Positions 37,474-51,800 of a stretch of 64,000 bases of DNA are shown here, in pieces. Numbering within the stretch: position 1 is the stretch's first letter; every line of letters begins with the position of its first letter. The stretch comes from Oculina patagonica (lineage: Eukaryota). Where the stretch lies: assembly GCF_052425735.1 (NCBI RefSeq), contig NC_135759.1:34906001-34970000 (forward strand). Direction: 5' to 3'. The position numbers and the translations under genes are program-made. Below the pieces are notes generated by a model that saw nothing but the letters and a program-made list of their open reading frames with translations, was not told the DNA's origin and searched no databases.

Positions 37474-38133
37474 TTGGGGGATAAGTGTTGCTGGCGACAA
37501 CCCTTCAGTCCCACACTGAAGCGATGCCTGGGTTGCCTTAGCTTGGGTGAGAAACGGTGGGCACATCCACTTCCCTTCACTACCCGGGGGGGGGGCACTC
37601 AAAAAAGTTTTATACGGGGAGGCTCCGCCCCAAGCTCTTACCCCTTACCCTTTTATATACCATTTTCACAGAAATTGTACCCCTTTCGTATACCTTTTAC
37701 TGAAAAAAGGTACCCCTTTCATATACCTAAAAGACATGGCATAGACTTAGAACAGGACGTTTTCTTGTCATTTTCATGTTGCGCTTTATAAATTAAAATA
37801 ATACAGCCATAAAGTGCGTCTGTTCGAAATATTTTAATTCAAGGCCCTTTTAAAAACCTAAATGACGGATTTACATACCCTTTCATATACCTAAACTTGT
37901 AAAATCCCTACCCTTTTATATACCTGAAGCCTGAAAAAGGTACCCCTTTCGGGCGGAGCCTCCCCGTATAGGCCATTATATGGAGTACCCCCCCCCCCCC
38001 GGGCTTCACTACCATCCGGGATCCCTCCAGGAGCTTGGCATAGGTACACGCCACCCTGCCTCTGTACCCCGTGACACCCATCTCACGGTTTTATATGCCA
38101 CTCGCTGACACTAGCCCTGAGTACTCGGTACTC
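37474..38133. other. GC-rich self-complementary insert (231 nt once the nested MITE is removed) flanked by a 9-bp direct repeat; class unknown
   Basis: ATAAACGGT at 37465-37473 and 38134-38142. Imperfect terminal complementarity (GGGATAAGTGTTGCTGGCGA / TCGCTGACACTAGCCC) and several internal stems. Confidence 0.5.
37583..38003. mobile_element. 421-bp MITE with CCCGGG(G)n termini and 8-bp TSD
   Basis: CCCGGGGGGG...CCCCCCCGGG; TSD CTTCACTA (37575-37582 and 38004-38011); related element at about 16239-16628. Confidence 0.9.
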
Positions 38134-38165
38134 ATAAACGGTGTCCTTTCTATTGTGTAACAATA

Positions 38166-38588
38166 CAGTCAACTCTCTTTTAACGGGCACCTCTACAAGA
38201 CGGACACCTCCATATATAAAAGACGGACATCTGGTAATGGTCCCTGCCGTTTTTCAGTCATTTTACTGTATATAAACTCCCTATTAAACGGACTCCTCTC
38301 TAAGAAGGACAACGGACACTTCAGACTTCAGGGAAGTGTTTTCTTTTAATTAAGTGAATAATACTTCAAAACTTCATATCGACAAAAAACAAAAAGTTGG
38401 ACAGCGCTTAAGGGTATCAAACTTACCGACCAAAAACAACCCAATACAACGGACTACTTCTCTGGTGAAGTGTTTGGGCACCAAATTAAAGAGGACGTTA
38501 CCTCGATTCTCTCCGAAGGGCGGACACCTCTCTAAGACGGACAGTTTGGGCTGGTCCCGAAGGTGTCCGTCTTAAAGAGAGTTGACTG
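38166..38588. mobile_element. TA-flanked Tc1/mariner-type MITE
   Basis: TA|CAGTCAACTCTCTTT...AAAGAGAGTTGACTG|TA with internal ACGGACAC repeats. Confidence 0.85.
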
Positions 38589-39869
38589 TAAACAATTACG
38601 AGACAGCGTTTGACCTTGTTTGCTCGCGAGTAGTACAGTACATCGTATATCAAGTCACACTACAAGATAACGCGACTTTTGTTGAACAATCACTCAACAC
38701 AGAAGTTGACAGCTACTTTTATTTTCATTAATCAAATTTCCTGGGAATTATTTAGGACCCTCTTGTGAACCGTCATCGCCTCTGCATGCCATGCGTGCCG
38801 TTTATTATATTTGGAAGGTCTGAAGTGATCGTCCGAGTTGTCCCAGAAGTACTGAAAAAGGCTGTTGCTTCAGTTGAGATGATGTTTGGGGATATGTCAC
38901 GATATTTCGTCATTTTCTGATGTACAGGATAACTGGGGTGCAGCGGGGTGAAGCAAGCACAAAGACGAAGGAAGATCATCGATCCATTCGACTCATTTTA
39001 TTCATTTCTACAATTAAGAGGCACCACGGAAACAACCGACCTAACGAAAATGTTGTGTTCAAATGATCAGAGAAAATCGTGCTAACGTGTCTTCTTTTCC
39101 TGAATATCACAAAAATCTGTTCAGTTCACCCAAAGGAGAAAAGTGCGGTTTTTGGCAGGGATGGCGCCCGCGATAACCTGACCTCATAAAATTAAAGCGC
39201 TCGTAGCGTTTTTGATTGGGCAAAAATAATCGCAAAAATAAGTAAAATAACATTTTAGGAATAAGACTTTCTCTGATCATTTTTCATTTCGCTTTTCTGC
39301 TTCAAATCCTACACAGCCTCATTTATGGCCGATGAGAACCCGGGGATAAGAACCGGACAGATGTCAACAAAACATTTTACATTTTATATATTTTCTCTGT
39401 CAAATCAGGTTGTTTCAAACTCCCCCGACTTATTACACAATTGATCTTTCCAGGGGAAAGTGAAAAGAACTTTTCATAATTTCCTAAACATGTAACTAAT
39501 ATCTTCTTTTTCAGGGTCCGTTTCACAGACCAGCGGTCAACAACTTAAGACTCTCCTCAGATCTCTCTCGTTTTCCAATGGCAACCAAAAAGTTAAGCTA
39601 TTTCTGGTTGTAAATTCCATTTTGTCAGTGGCTACTCGCAGCACGACGCATTGCAAACTTATTCCTTCTTGTTGACAGCGTCCAATCAAAACCCCTGGTA
39701 AACAGGGCAGTGGGAATTGAAAAATAATTTTAACTACTTCAACACAGACGGCGCAGCGTCTATTTGAAGACAACCCAAATCTCAAAGGCGCCAAGATTAG
39801 CCTGAGTGTAGTGCTTCAACTCTTCCAAAAAAAAAAAAAACAATTCTGCTTCCTAAACAGTAACCATCA

Positions 39870-42800
39870 TCAAACTCGTAGCTGAGTGGCAATTTGCATA
39901 AGAGACTTAAGTCCTGGCATGAACGTGCTGATCTCCGAGAAACTACCACTTGATATGAGCCTTGTGTGAGCCATTAGGCCACGGGGATAATCTGATCCTT
40001 GACATGCTGAGAAAAATAAACAGAAAAGCACAAATTAAATCAAACGAGTGCAGATTAACTACAAATGTTGAAAACCCCGTTGAAAATCTGCCTTATTTCA
40101 TTTCAACAGGAGCAAAGCTATGATGTGGAAGGTTTCAATTCAACAAATGTACCGCTTTACTTCTTATCAGCTTTGATGAATCGAGATAAAGAAACTTACC
40201 CTGTGCTATTTCATGAAGACCCTCTAAGATAGGATTTGACATCTATAACAGGAACAGAACAAGTATTGTAAATACGTTGGGTACCATGAGAAACATCAGA
40301 TTGTATGCAAGTATGACACTGTAAGGGTTGGGTAAATAATCCACCAAAAGCGAATTAAACAGCAACAGACCAGCAGAATTACTGATGGGATTTCAGCCGG
40401 CTTTCCACAAGCCTGGTCTGGCATTAGAAGTTACATATGTATTCTCTTACCTTTTGGTCCCTAAGCTTGTCATAAAGCGCTTCCAGGCGCTTGGATACAT
40501 CATCCAGTTTACGCTTTGTATGCTGAAGACAAAGAACTGAGTTAGAACATAGTTACGAAGAGTGAAAAGGGGTAGGGGAAAAGCACCTCTGGGCACGACC
40601 TTGGATCAAACGTTTTGCTAAAGTAGTTGACTGTAGCAGCAGACAATGTTGCCTTTAATGGTCTGGTGACTGCAAAATAGGTACTTGAACGAAATGAGAG
40701 AGACTCACTCGAAAACTAACGTCCATTTAAATACTCAGGACTGACTAGCCTCGCATAATATTTGTAGATTTGTTTCTGCAAGTTCTTTTTTTCTGCACTT
40801 CAATTTTGTTTTCCAACCACTTCTTTCGATATTCAAGATATCAATCCGCTTTCCTTCCATACGTTATAGCGTCGACTTGATCTGGCAAGAATTTACTATA
40901 GGACCTATAGACCAGCCACCTCATGTCCATAATGATCCCAGCGCGATAACTTCAGTGACTCGGCTAGTACTCACCGGATTATTGGCAGTGTTTTTACATC
41001 TCTCAGCCAAGCCATTGAAAGTCTCTTGAAGTACCAGGTGCTCGGATGGGATGGGGCCTTTCATGACTGGTGCCGGCGGCTCCTAAACAAAATGAACCAT
41101 GATAAATTATCGTATAATTTGGTGCGCGATGAGAATAGCGAAAACCATGCGCCGATGTTGTTACACAATGCTGTCACGCGATACGTACGCTTCGCGAAAA
41201 AAGTAGTCACGCAATGCGACGTGCGTTACGTTATGCCCCACCACACCCGTCCCCCTTTCCCAGCACACGAGTGCTTTTTTTGCACCCAAACCTGAAGCAA
41301 ACGAATTAAGACTTCTACACTCCAAGGCATTGATGGACAATAATAATGTTGTGTATCTTTTACTCTCGTAGTAATCAAGTCTTCTATTTGCTCGCCGCGA
41401 AATTACTCGAAAACTACTCAATTGTAATGGTTTTCGCACAATAATTTTCCGCCTGGTGAAAATTCTCTATAAAGTATAGACTATAGACGTGCTTACAAAC
41501 CGGAAACGATAAGCGAACGACGTTTAGAAAGTCTATATAAAGTACTGAAAAGTATGGATAGGACGGAATTGAGTGGTGTTGAAGTGAATGAAAAAGTGCA
41601 AAATTTAATTTATTTCGGCCATTTTAGTTTTAGACTAGAATAAATACATTAGCCTGATTATATTTTTGTACAAGTACAAGAAAAAGTGCATTTACATGTT
41701 GCTATAGTTAAACAGGCTTGAGTTAAAGTATAGGTGGAACCATTCTGCATAACAGTTCATTACAAGTAGTTAAATCAAAGGTTAAAATGAAATTTAAACC
41801 GCACTTATGAGGTAAAAATCGACAGCTTAAAACGTTTTATCAATCAGCTTGGAAGGCTAGTTGTTCTCAGTGTTAAGATGTGTTTCAGTTATGTATTGAT
41901 CAATATAATACTCACTGACGTGAACATAACGATTCACATTTTGTTACGCTCTGCACACTGAAATTGAAACAACTGATAACTGACAACTTTTTCCCTTTTT
42001 GACAATAATATGGCCAATAAGAAACGGTAACATTATAATGTGATAATCTGAATTAAGCTTTTACGAAAGTTACACTTCAAGGGAAACTTCAGAACTGCGG
42101 CATTATACATCATCTATAGATTGAGAATTTTAAGTGTTACGTGTCATCGGCAAAACTATCTTTCCTCACACAAAAAGCAGAAATATATCCTTTACGTTTA
42201 AATGTTATAAGAACATGCATGCAACATACGGAAGGGTTAATTAAAAGTGCATTTTAGCTTGTGTCAGTCCTTTTAGTTATTTTAAACGTTTTACAGCGTG
42301 TTTAAGGTGTTTAAGCGTGCTTTACCTGTGCAGGTTTTAAATGAAATGGATGTGGCATGGTATCATGCGGTGATGGCGGTGGTGAGCCATCATGTACCTG
42401 AGCACGTTGTTGAGGGGCAGCATCCCCATAACTTGGAGGCGCTCCTGGTGGGCCACCCCCCTGAGGCATCATAGGAGGCACACCGGGTGCAGGAGGGGCA
42501 CCTTGAGGCATTCCTGGAGGAGGGAAACGAATACAATTAGTGTCACAGAAGGTATGAGGTTGATGATGAGGAAAATAGGCGCTATGTGAAAAAAGGTCAA
42601 AATCAGTTTGCAGAATATCTCTTCCTTTTCTTCAACTCTTTAAAACAATGTGGTAGGTCTTGGGCAAAGGGTATCCAGAAAATGGAGAGAAAATACAATA
42701 ACTGAAAGAAAAGGCGCAAAGAGGTGCAAGAAGCGAAGCATGCATTGAAGGTGGAACATTCTCACACACTTTTACCCTGAACCAAACCATTTCAAGAGCA

Positions 42801-45800
42801 TTTAAGTTAGGCTAAAAATTCCACAAGGGGAAGTTACATAACCTTTTACTGGTAGCAGCCTTCATAGCCTGCGTAGTTTTGGGCACGTATTTTGCAAACT
42901 CGCGACTTTCACGTTTTCCAAACGCGCGCTCAAAAACTATACAGGCGCTTGCTATGCAGGCTATAGCCTCAAAGAGGCGCATCGTCAAAACTCTCCTCCA
43001 AACGTGGACATGGGAGGAAAGATTGTGTGGTAAACCAAAGAAATGTTCGTTGGTGGTGCAGGAGGCTAATGATTGATGTATCCCGTCTGTGCACAGTAAG
43101 CCCCATACATATGTACATACCAACTGGTGAAGGCTGCAGTGGCTGTTGTTGCTGTGGTGGCTGCTGGTCTCCTGCTCCAAACAGTGGAGCAGTGATAGGT
43201 GCAGGGGGCGTGAAAGCTGGGGTCTGCACGGCAAAAAAAAAAATTAAATATAAATATTAATCATCTATTCAAACAAGCTTCACGGCTTGCAAAGGACCGG
43301 CAGGAATGGAGGCGACTTGTTGATGCCCTATGCGCCACTGGGCGTTTAAAGGACTGGTGATGATGATGATGATTCAAAACAAGAACGTGAATATAACCTT
43401 AAAAGAAAATCAAGTCACTTATCATTCTCTAACGTACTCTTTATTAGCCTGCGATTGCAGATGTATTTCCGGCTGTCATTCTGTGTTCGCAGGCTAACTC
43501 TTTATGGTCAACAGGCTGATTTGCTAACAATTTGTTAGCCGTGTCTTTGTGGCGTCATACAGAGCTGGGAACTTATGATACTTGTAGGGGTACATGAACT
43601 GGGATTTGATCAAAACAAGCACGTTTTATGGCAAATATCCAAATGAACGGACAACGGCATGAGAAGAATTAAGGTTAGCTTTCAGCTGCTCACTATTTAC
43701 TTCCTACTTCACCACACAAGAAAGGCAGAAACCAAGATAAGGAGAACAGTATATTAATAAATAAATAAAACTGAATTCAATATCGTATAGAGCTGTATGA
43801 CCTGTTGTTTCTTGCCTCTCATCATATGAGTGTCTTTCCAGGCACTTGTGAGTGGAGGTGGTTCTATGAAATAAAAGGCAACATGTTATCTATAAGCTGT
43901 CGTCAAAATGTAGGAAAAGCACAAAAAGGTGAATAACAATGGCTACTATCATACCAGTAGGAGGAGGTCCTGTTGTAGGAGGGGGCGCTGCAGTCCCTGG
44001 TGGTGGAGGGCCAACTGAAGGGGCTCCAGTTGGAGATGGGCCAGAATAAGGTGCCCCAGGAGTGGCTGTGCTTCCTGGATTGAAAATCTGCACTGGAGGC
44101 TGCTGACCCTTCATCTGCATCTGGGAACCATACTGTCCAGGTGGTGGTACCTGGGTTGGTGCAGTGTTGGCAGGTTGAGGTTGGTACATTGATACTGGGG
44201 GAGGTTGAGACCATGAAGGCTGGCTAGCAGTGGGTGATGGCTGTGGTGGGGCACTGTAGTAAGGTGTTTGTGCAGGGGGTGTCTGGGCGGGGGGTCCCTG
44301 ATTAAAAGATGGCTGAGAGACAGGGGATGGCTGGGGTGCCTGTGGCTGGTAAGCAGCTGGGTTGTAGAACTGCGTTTGTGTTGAGGGCATGGATGGTTGA
44401 TATGCAGGACTAGGTGCTGGAGAGGGCTGCTGGCGTTGCTGTGGCTGGTAAAGAGTCTGCTGCTGTTGCTGTTGCTGCTGCTGTTGACGATTGGCACCAT
44501 AGCCTGGTTGCTGTTGGAACTGAACACAAAGAAACAGCTTCAAATTAATGGTCTGACTAGGCATTGCCTAACATTTGAATTAAGTTGTTTGCAAGTTTCT
44601 ACTTTGTTCCTTAGGCAATGATTGTGTTCTTCAAACCTTTATGTGACTGTTGCTAACCTGAGTTTGAGCCTGGACTTGAGGAAGAGGCTCAGCTTGAACA
44701 TCAATCCTTTGGAATGGGAATGGCGGTGGAGCAGTAGCAGATGCAAGATGGCTTGGAAATTGTGCAGTATACAGGCGATCCTTGAGAACACCAAGACTTG
44801 CCTGCAACAACAAAGACTTCAGTTTGTTTTCTTTCCATTAAAGAAAATAAGTAGTATAAAAGTTTATATTTGTTAAATTTAAGTGGTTTGGTTGTTTTTT
44901 TTTGTTTTTTTTTTTTTTTTTAAAATATTTTTTAGACAAAGGACAAAATGATCAAGGAATTTCAAAGGGCCTGATTGTACAGGTGCAACAAAACAAAATA
45001 AAGATGATCTGACCTGGTCATTGACAGCCATCAAGTATCCCATAGCAGTCTCCAGGCATCCCTGAGCTGCCAAAATCTCAGCATATTTACTGTAAAGAAG
45101 ACATCCAGTTATATCTATATAAATATCGCGTGGAACCTTCTCCCCCCTTCTCTTCCCCCCTTTTTTAAAGGAATCACATGGTAGGACATTTTACTGCACA
45201 CAAAACTATAAAATTCAGGTAGCAACCGGCGTGTCAACAGGCCCCCTATAACAAGGCTTGCTCTGTGTGCTGACATTTTTTTGCCCTGTTCCCCACTAGG
45301 GAGCCTGGTCACGGAGCAGTACCAATAGAAAAGATGTACCTACCTGAGTTTTTCAGCCAAAACAGATGAACCACTGTCAATCAGTAGTCGGCGTTCCCTC
45401 TCTACAGCCTTCTTTAGGATCATTACTTTTTCAATCAAATCCTACAAACAGAGTTAATATTTTATAGCAATAACTATATAAAAACTATAACAAAGAAGCA
45501 AGAAAAAGAGTACTTAAGGTGATTCCCTAGTATTGCATTGCGCATCCTTACTGCGCAGAATTTTACGCGTAATTAGCACGCATACATAAACAAAATGGCG
45601 GCTTTTTTCTATGCAGCTTGGCTCGCGGAGAGAGAATCATCGTTTTCTCGTAAACGAGTTCGGTGACCTATCATTTTTTCTCTTAGTTCGAGAGTAGCAA
45701 TCAAATTCTTTCTATAAAATGAATACAGATCAATTTCTATGGCAGAATAATACATTATCACCGAAAAAGGGGACTTTCAGCAGTACTCGCAAAGGAAATA

Positions 45801-48800
45801 TAAGGAATTATATGGTAAATACAAGGTCTTCCTGCTCCTAAACGAATACGGTGACCCCCCTTTTTATTTCAAAATTTAACTTCCCTTAGGGTAAACAGCC
45901 AACTGGCAAAGTTTGGTTGGAAATCTATGAGCAGTTCTATTTCTAGGGAATTACCTTAAATCAACAAAGACCAAAATCAAGAATTTGGAAATGAAATTCT
46001 ACATAAAGTTGAACTTACTTGAAGGGCCAGAGGAGAAGGTTCAGCAGGCATGTTTCTAGACCTAGTGACGACAAAGAAACAAAGCATTATTCACTTTAAA
46101 TTCTTACAGGTCTCTCCCGTGTATTGAATCTGTTACCGTTTCTAATGGTTCTAGCCAACAACTCACCAGCAGGACACAAACTTCTCCACATTTCCAGCAC
46201 AAATGTAGCAAACCATGGCATTAGCACAATGTTCATCGCCTTCTTGCTCAAGCCTCTGTCCCAGGATATCACACAGGGCAGTGAACTCTTCAGCCTTGGC
46301 ATATGTTACAAGAGCAGCAAGGGCTTCTCTCCAGTTCTCTAGGACACAGCTCTCGACAATGTCACGCCAGTCTCGATTCACAACAACTGACATCAGCTGA
46401 AAAGAAAGACAGAAAATTATACACAGAATTTTATAACTTAAACTAGTCTAAACGCTTGGCATTAGAAATCTGTAGTAATAATAAATATATTTACACACCC
46501 TTGCTACATTACTCTTGCTCTTCTCAAAGTATCTTGTCTGTATTCTGGCCAAGAGATCTGGACCTCCAGCAATAGCAAGTAGGAAAGCATCAGCCTTGGA
46601 AGAAAAAAAAATAAAGTATGAAATTTCAGATAAAGTAGTTCTTCATTTACAATAAAACTACATGGATGTAGAGTGCAGAACAGTCCATGTATTTTTTGTT
46701 TTTCTTGGTTAATGCTAGTTGATTCAACTTCTTGCATTACTGGTAACAAGTCATATACATATAATTATATTACATTTGTTAGACATACCATTCTGTCAGC
46801 ATGGAGACAAACATCTACTGCTGCTTCAAAGTTTCCAGTAAGCAAGGCTTGGGTGATGAGACCATCAGTATCTGCATGGAAAATGAGAACTTGTATTACT
46901 CTACAAATCTTATCCAATCAGTGAAACCCCGATATAACGATCCTCGATATAACGATATTCACGATATAACGATGAATATTTTATGTCCCGGCAAAAGTTA
47001 CAGTAAAATGTATGGGACGGAACCCCGATATAACGATCTTCGATATAACAATATTCCCAATATAACGATGAAAATTTAGGGGACCGAACGTAAAATTCTC
47101 CCGATATAACGATATTATCAGTACACCGTCACATTTTATTTGCAAAACATTGAATTTAATGCAATAACATTACGGTAATCGAGTCATCTTTGACGTTTAC
47201 AAAAAGAGCTTTGTACTATGCGATACAAAAATGAAAGTTTTTTTATCAAAATTATTCTCTTTATCCTCCTCTAATATGCAGTAAAAAGTACTTGTTAGGT
47301 TTACCCCAATATAACAATATTTTCGGTTATTTTACGTCCATATCGTAATATCGGGAGTTTCGATATAACGATATTATTTTACTGCTCCCTTGGCATATCG
47401 TTATATCGGGGTTCCACTGTAAAAAGAAGGTTTACTGGATACTTCAGTTGTGTATTCTCACCATCATCTGTAGGTATCTGGAAAGGCTGCCTTGGTTTCA
47501 CAGGTTCTTCCACACCTGAAATTAGCAAACAGCAACCAAAACTTATTAATAACTGTATATAAAAAGAGCCAGGTGCTAATTGTATCTTTATAGCAATGAC
47601 AGAGTGAAGCAACCAGAAATCAAAGCCAGAGCATGCAACTGACGCCAAGCACAGCTCACCTAGATCACCCCCTGTGTCAACTGATAATGGCCCTCCAGCT
47701 GCAATTACATCAAATGCTGCAGCGGCTTCACTCAGACTACCAGACTCTGATAAGGGAGTCTGAAACAACAAACAGAATGCTGATTAAACATAACTGACAA
47801 AGAAAAAGATTTTTGTCTTAAATCTACCCAGAAACCAGAGGTCATCAACAGGGCTAAAACTTAGAAAAAACGACTAAGTCAGCTTGTCAATAAGCTTAGC
47901 CAGCTTTTCTGGGTGCACCTTTACATTTACAACAAGTTTTGGTTTTCTAGTGAAACTTCAGCCAGTGATATAGCTGGTAGCTTGCCTACATCAAAAGGTG
48001 TGTCTGACAGCTTAACTACTGCAAGTAGTTTCTCCTTCAAGGCTAGAGGACTACAATTTTAACAAGTACTGTCAGGACAACAGCCTTTTATCAATTTACA
48101 GGTATTTGTTTCAAGCTAATAAAAGGGTCCACTGGGCAAATGCATTTTGCCTAAATAAACTGTTTATTTGATACTCAGATAAATGCAGCCAGTAAAAATT
48201 AATATCATGACGTAGTGAATTTAATTATTGGCTTGAGAAATGTTGTGTATTTCCCTGTAAGCCATGTGTAATGACAACCTGTGTATGGCAGTGTTACACT
48301 GCCTGCTCTCAACCACACAAATAACAGCCAACATACTTTAGATTCAGCTACAGATGGTGTACTTGCTCCACTTGAAAAGACTCCTTCCCCTGACTTCCCA
48401 CCTGCATCCTGTAACACAAGGTAACATATAAATTATAAGTTAAACAAACAGAACACTGATATTTTACTAACAGTAACTCTCTTCTCATAGATTCAGCTAC
48501 AGAAGGGTAGGAGGAAATGGACACTTAATATTAATTATAACAGTTGAACCCCGGTAACTCGGACTCTGAAGAGAAACAAAAAACAGTTTGAGTTAGCGGG
48601 GTTTTACGAGTTAACCAAGTAAAAATGACTGAAAAGTGGGTCCAAGGGAAATGGAAGTTAGTTCGAGTTAGCAGGGTTGTTCAAGTTATCCGAGTTCAAG
48701 TACCAGGGTTTACTGCATAATAAGCCTTCAATCATGAATCTGTTATGAGCGATTCTATTTTAATCTTATCAACTGACTGCTTGGTCTATGGTTAAATGTA

Positions 48801-51800
48801 AACAATAAATGGTAAGATGTTGAATCACTTTTGAAAATTTAAGTGAATCGTCTTATTTACCCCTGATGTCAAGAGCTTCATCTTTTGAACCAATTCTTCA
48901 GCATTAACACCTCCTTGACTACTGCTTGAAGCTGACGAAGTGTGAGAAGATGCAACCTGACCAAGCAGAAACACATTAGAATCACAAAACTCTTTGCGGC
49001 AGAGCCCCAGATAAAAAATATTAATTGTCCTTAGCGGAATATTTTGCACAAAGTATTAAGTACTTACCTTTTTTGATAGTTCCACTGGATCATAGCCAAG
49101 AAGTGTTAAGAAATGTCTCCTAGGTTCTCTTTCAAAGTTAATCTGTAAAAGCAAAACAAAAGAAGTAAGGAGCAATGGTTTATGTGTAATTCTTCAGTTA
49201 ATAAACAGTGTTATCAGTTACGTGTTACCCCCGATTGCATCTACCTGTGAACGCACATGCTGAAGACATGTTTTCAAGTGACGTCAAATGTCAGCATTTC
49301 AAGTATCAAACTTTGAAGTTTAGCAGACCGTAACGGCAACCTTCGCGCCAAAGGTTCAACACATTCCAGTTTTGAAATGGTGGAAAGATTAGATATAGAG
49401 ACTTCTTCTGAGAAACTGATGCTGATCTGTGTCGATATGCATACACAGGTTCACTTGAATCATTTCTAGTGTAAAGTTTCAGTGTTTATGGTGAATATTT
49501 TGAGTGCAAAAGTTTGCATTACAGTCTGCTAAACTTCAAAGTTTGACAACTGAAACGCAGATTTGAAAACATGTTTTTAGCACGTACATTCACAGGTAGG
49601 TGCAATTGACGGTAACATTGTGCACAGCAGCAAGAAACATAAAGCATCTAAAATTTAAAGTAAACTCATCTAACTGATCACCTTCAAGAAACTCCAGAGT
49701 GTTCTTTCCAACTCTTGTGTACTGCTCTCCACTTTAGAATTACAATACTGAATAAAACTTCCCGAAGCCAAGGCTCCCTCCAACTCATAGGACCTGTTGA
49801 CTAGATCCTGTTCTGTTGTAACCTGACTGATGTTCACCTGTTGAAGATAGCAGAACAGAGCAATGTGGCTTTTTTACTTATTTTTTTTATTGTTTTTAAC
49901 TACACTGTAGTCTGCTAGTCAAATAAGATATCAAAGATTTTCAAAATTTTAGGGTTTCATTAAGGGCCAGGCACAAGGCAAATTGACTGGCAGCTGTGAA
50001 CAATTCGTTCAGAACTTTGCTTCAACTGCGAACAACAACTGTGAACAACTCGTTCAGAAATTTGCTTCAACTTCAACTCGTTCAGAACTTCGCTGCTCGG
50101 ATAGTTAGTCATCATTTTGCACATAGATACATTTGTAGCCTCTCCAATCCTGTTTCTTGCCACCTCTAATTGTCTTTGACAATTAGATGTTGATCCCTTG
50201 TGGGAATAAAATTGCTGTAGAATTTATCTTTGGGTAGATAGTTTACAGAGAAGTTTAGACAAACCTGACTGGCTGGGGATTCCTTTGTGTGCGCAAAAGA
50301 TATCAGCTTACCACCAAACTAGAGATAAGAAAAAGAGATTAAAATTATAAAATTGATTACTTTAAAACCTTTCTGGAAAATAGTTCTGTGTACTGTGTAC
50401 ATAGTGTCATAATTTAATACTTATCAAGTCAAAAAAAACTCAAGACAGCATTTCATTTGTTTGCACAGATCAAATCAGTTTAGTGTTTTGGTTCAAACGC
50501 AAAATACATGCCGCATGAATTTTACTTGTAATGCACTTGCTCATTTCAAAAAAACAAGTTTCGCAGCTAAAAATGGCCTGAATTTTGCACATTTTGGAGC
50601 ATGCCTGCTGCTTCATACTTACAGCAAATGTCGCTCCACACGGCCTGCGCAGCCACTTAGGGGGCTTCTTTAAGGGGGCACTCGCTGCTTTCTGTTGTTG
50701 TTGCTGCTGTTGCTGCTGGGCTTGATGGATCTGTGATGAAAATGGGTCATCCACGTCGAATGAACTCATCACCTGAAACAAGAAAACAACAGGTTAATAA
50801 AAATTGCCAGTTAATTAAATTTTGCATATTTAGACAGGATAGCCCATCAGTGCAAAGAGCACCGGCCTGTTATTTATGGGGTCCTGTGAAATATCTAATT
50901 GGGAATTAAAAAATGTCGATTTTTGTGGAAGGGGGAAAACTGGAGAACCCAGAGAATAACTCTCAGAGTAAGGAAGAGAACCAACAACAAACTCAACCTT
51001 TATATGATGTCAGGTCCACGATTTAAATGCCGCCACATTGGTGGGAAGCAAGCACTCCCACCACTGTGCCATCCCTGCTTGCCAAATATGAAGAATCTCC
51101 ATCATAAATATAAAGAACTTCCCATATAAAGAACCTCCATTCCACAGAACAGTGGTAATGGCCTTGCTACGTGTAAAAGTAAAATAATAATGTACAGGGT
51201 ACACCTGCTTTAGGCAAAATACTGCCACAGAAGAAGGTAATAAATGACATGGCAAAGTAGTCATATTTGCCTGTTTGAATTCTGCCATAACTTGAAGACA
51301 CTTACTTGTTGCTGATGAAAATCTTGGCCAGAAGCACCTCCACCCATGAGAGAAAATACACTGACATGTCCATCAAATGATGAAGAGCACACCATGGCAG
51401 GGTTCCTGGGGCACCAGGCTACATCAAAACTCCACTGAGCTGTAGTCGGCAACTCATAAACAATCTAAAAAATTACAAATATAAAAAACAAGTATACATG
51501 TATTTATAACTTCTCTATATAAAATTTTTAAAGTATTAGATGGACAAACAAATTGCCAGAAGTGACAGAAGTTAAATTACATTGTATTATAAGAATGATC
51601 ATCACTTAAAACAATTACCTCTCCTCCTGCTTCTTGAACATTTGGATTCCAACAGAGAATGCGATTGTCCTAAGACAGTCACAGATATTAGTAAATTGAC
51701 AAATATTATTACAACTAACAAAGCATAGCTTGAACAGACCAAGACTGATACAGTGAACTGCAAGATAACATCCATGCCATTGACATTTCCAAAATTTATG

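Noticed and set aside
40700-40900. Weak Crypton-like peptide remnant in a SEC31 intron
   Set aside because: Too short and frameshifted to support by eye.
43903-44621. Overlapping alternative-frame and antisense ORFs across the large SEC31 exon
   Set aside because: Expected by-product of stop-poor Pro/Gln codons.
46919-47419. Regularly recurring GATATAACGA motifs resembling a repeat-spacer array
   Set aside because: These are subterminal repeats of a TIR element with irregular spacing.
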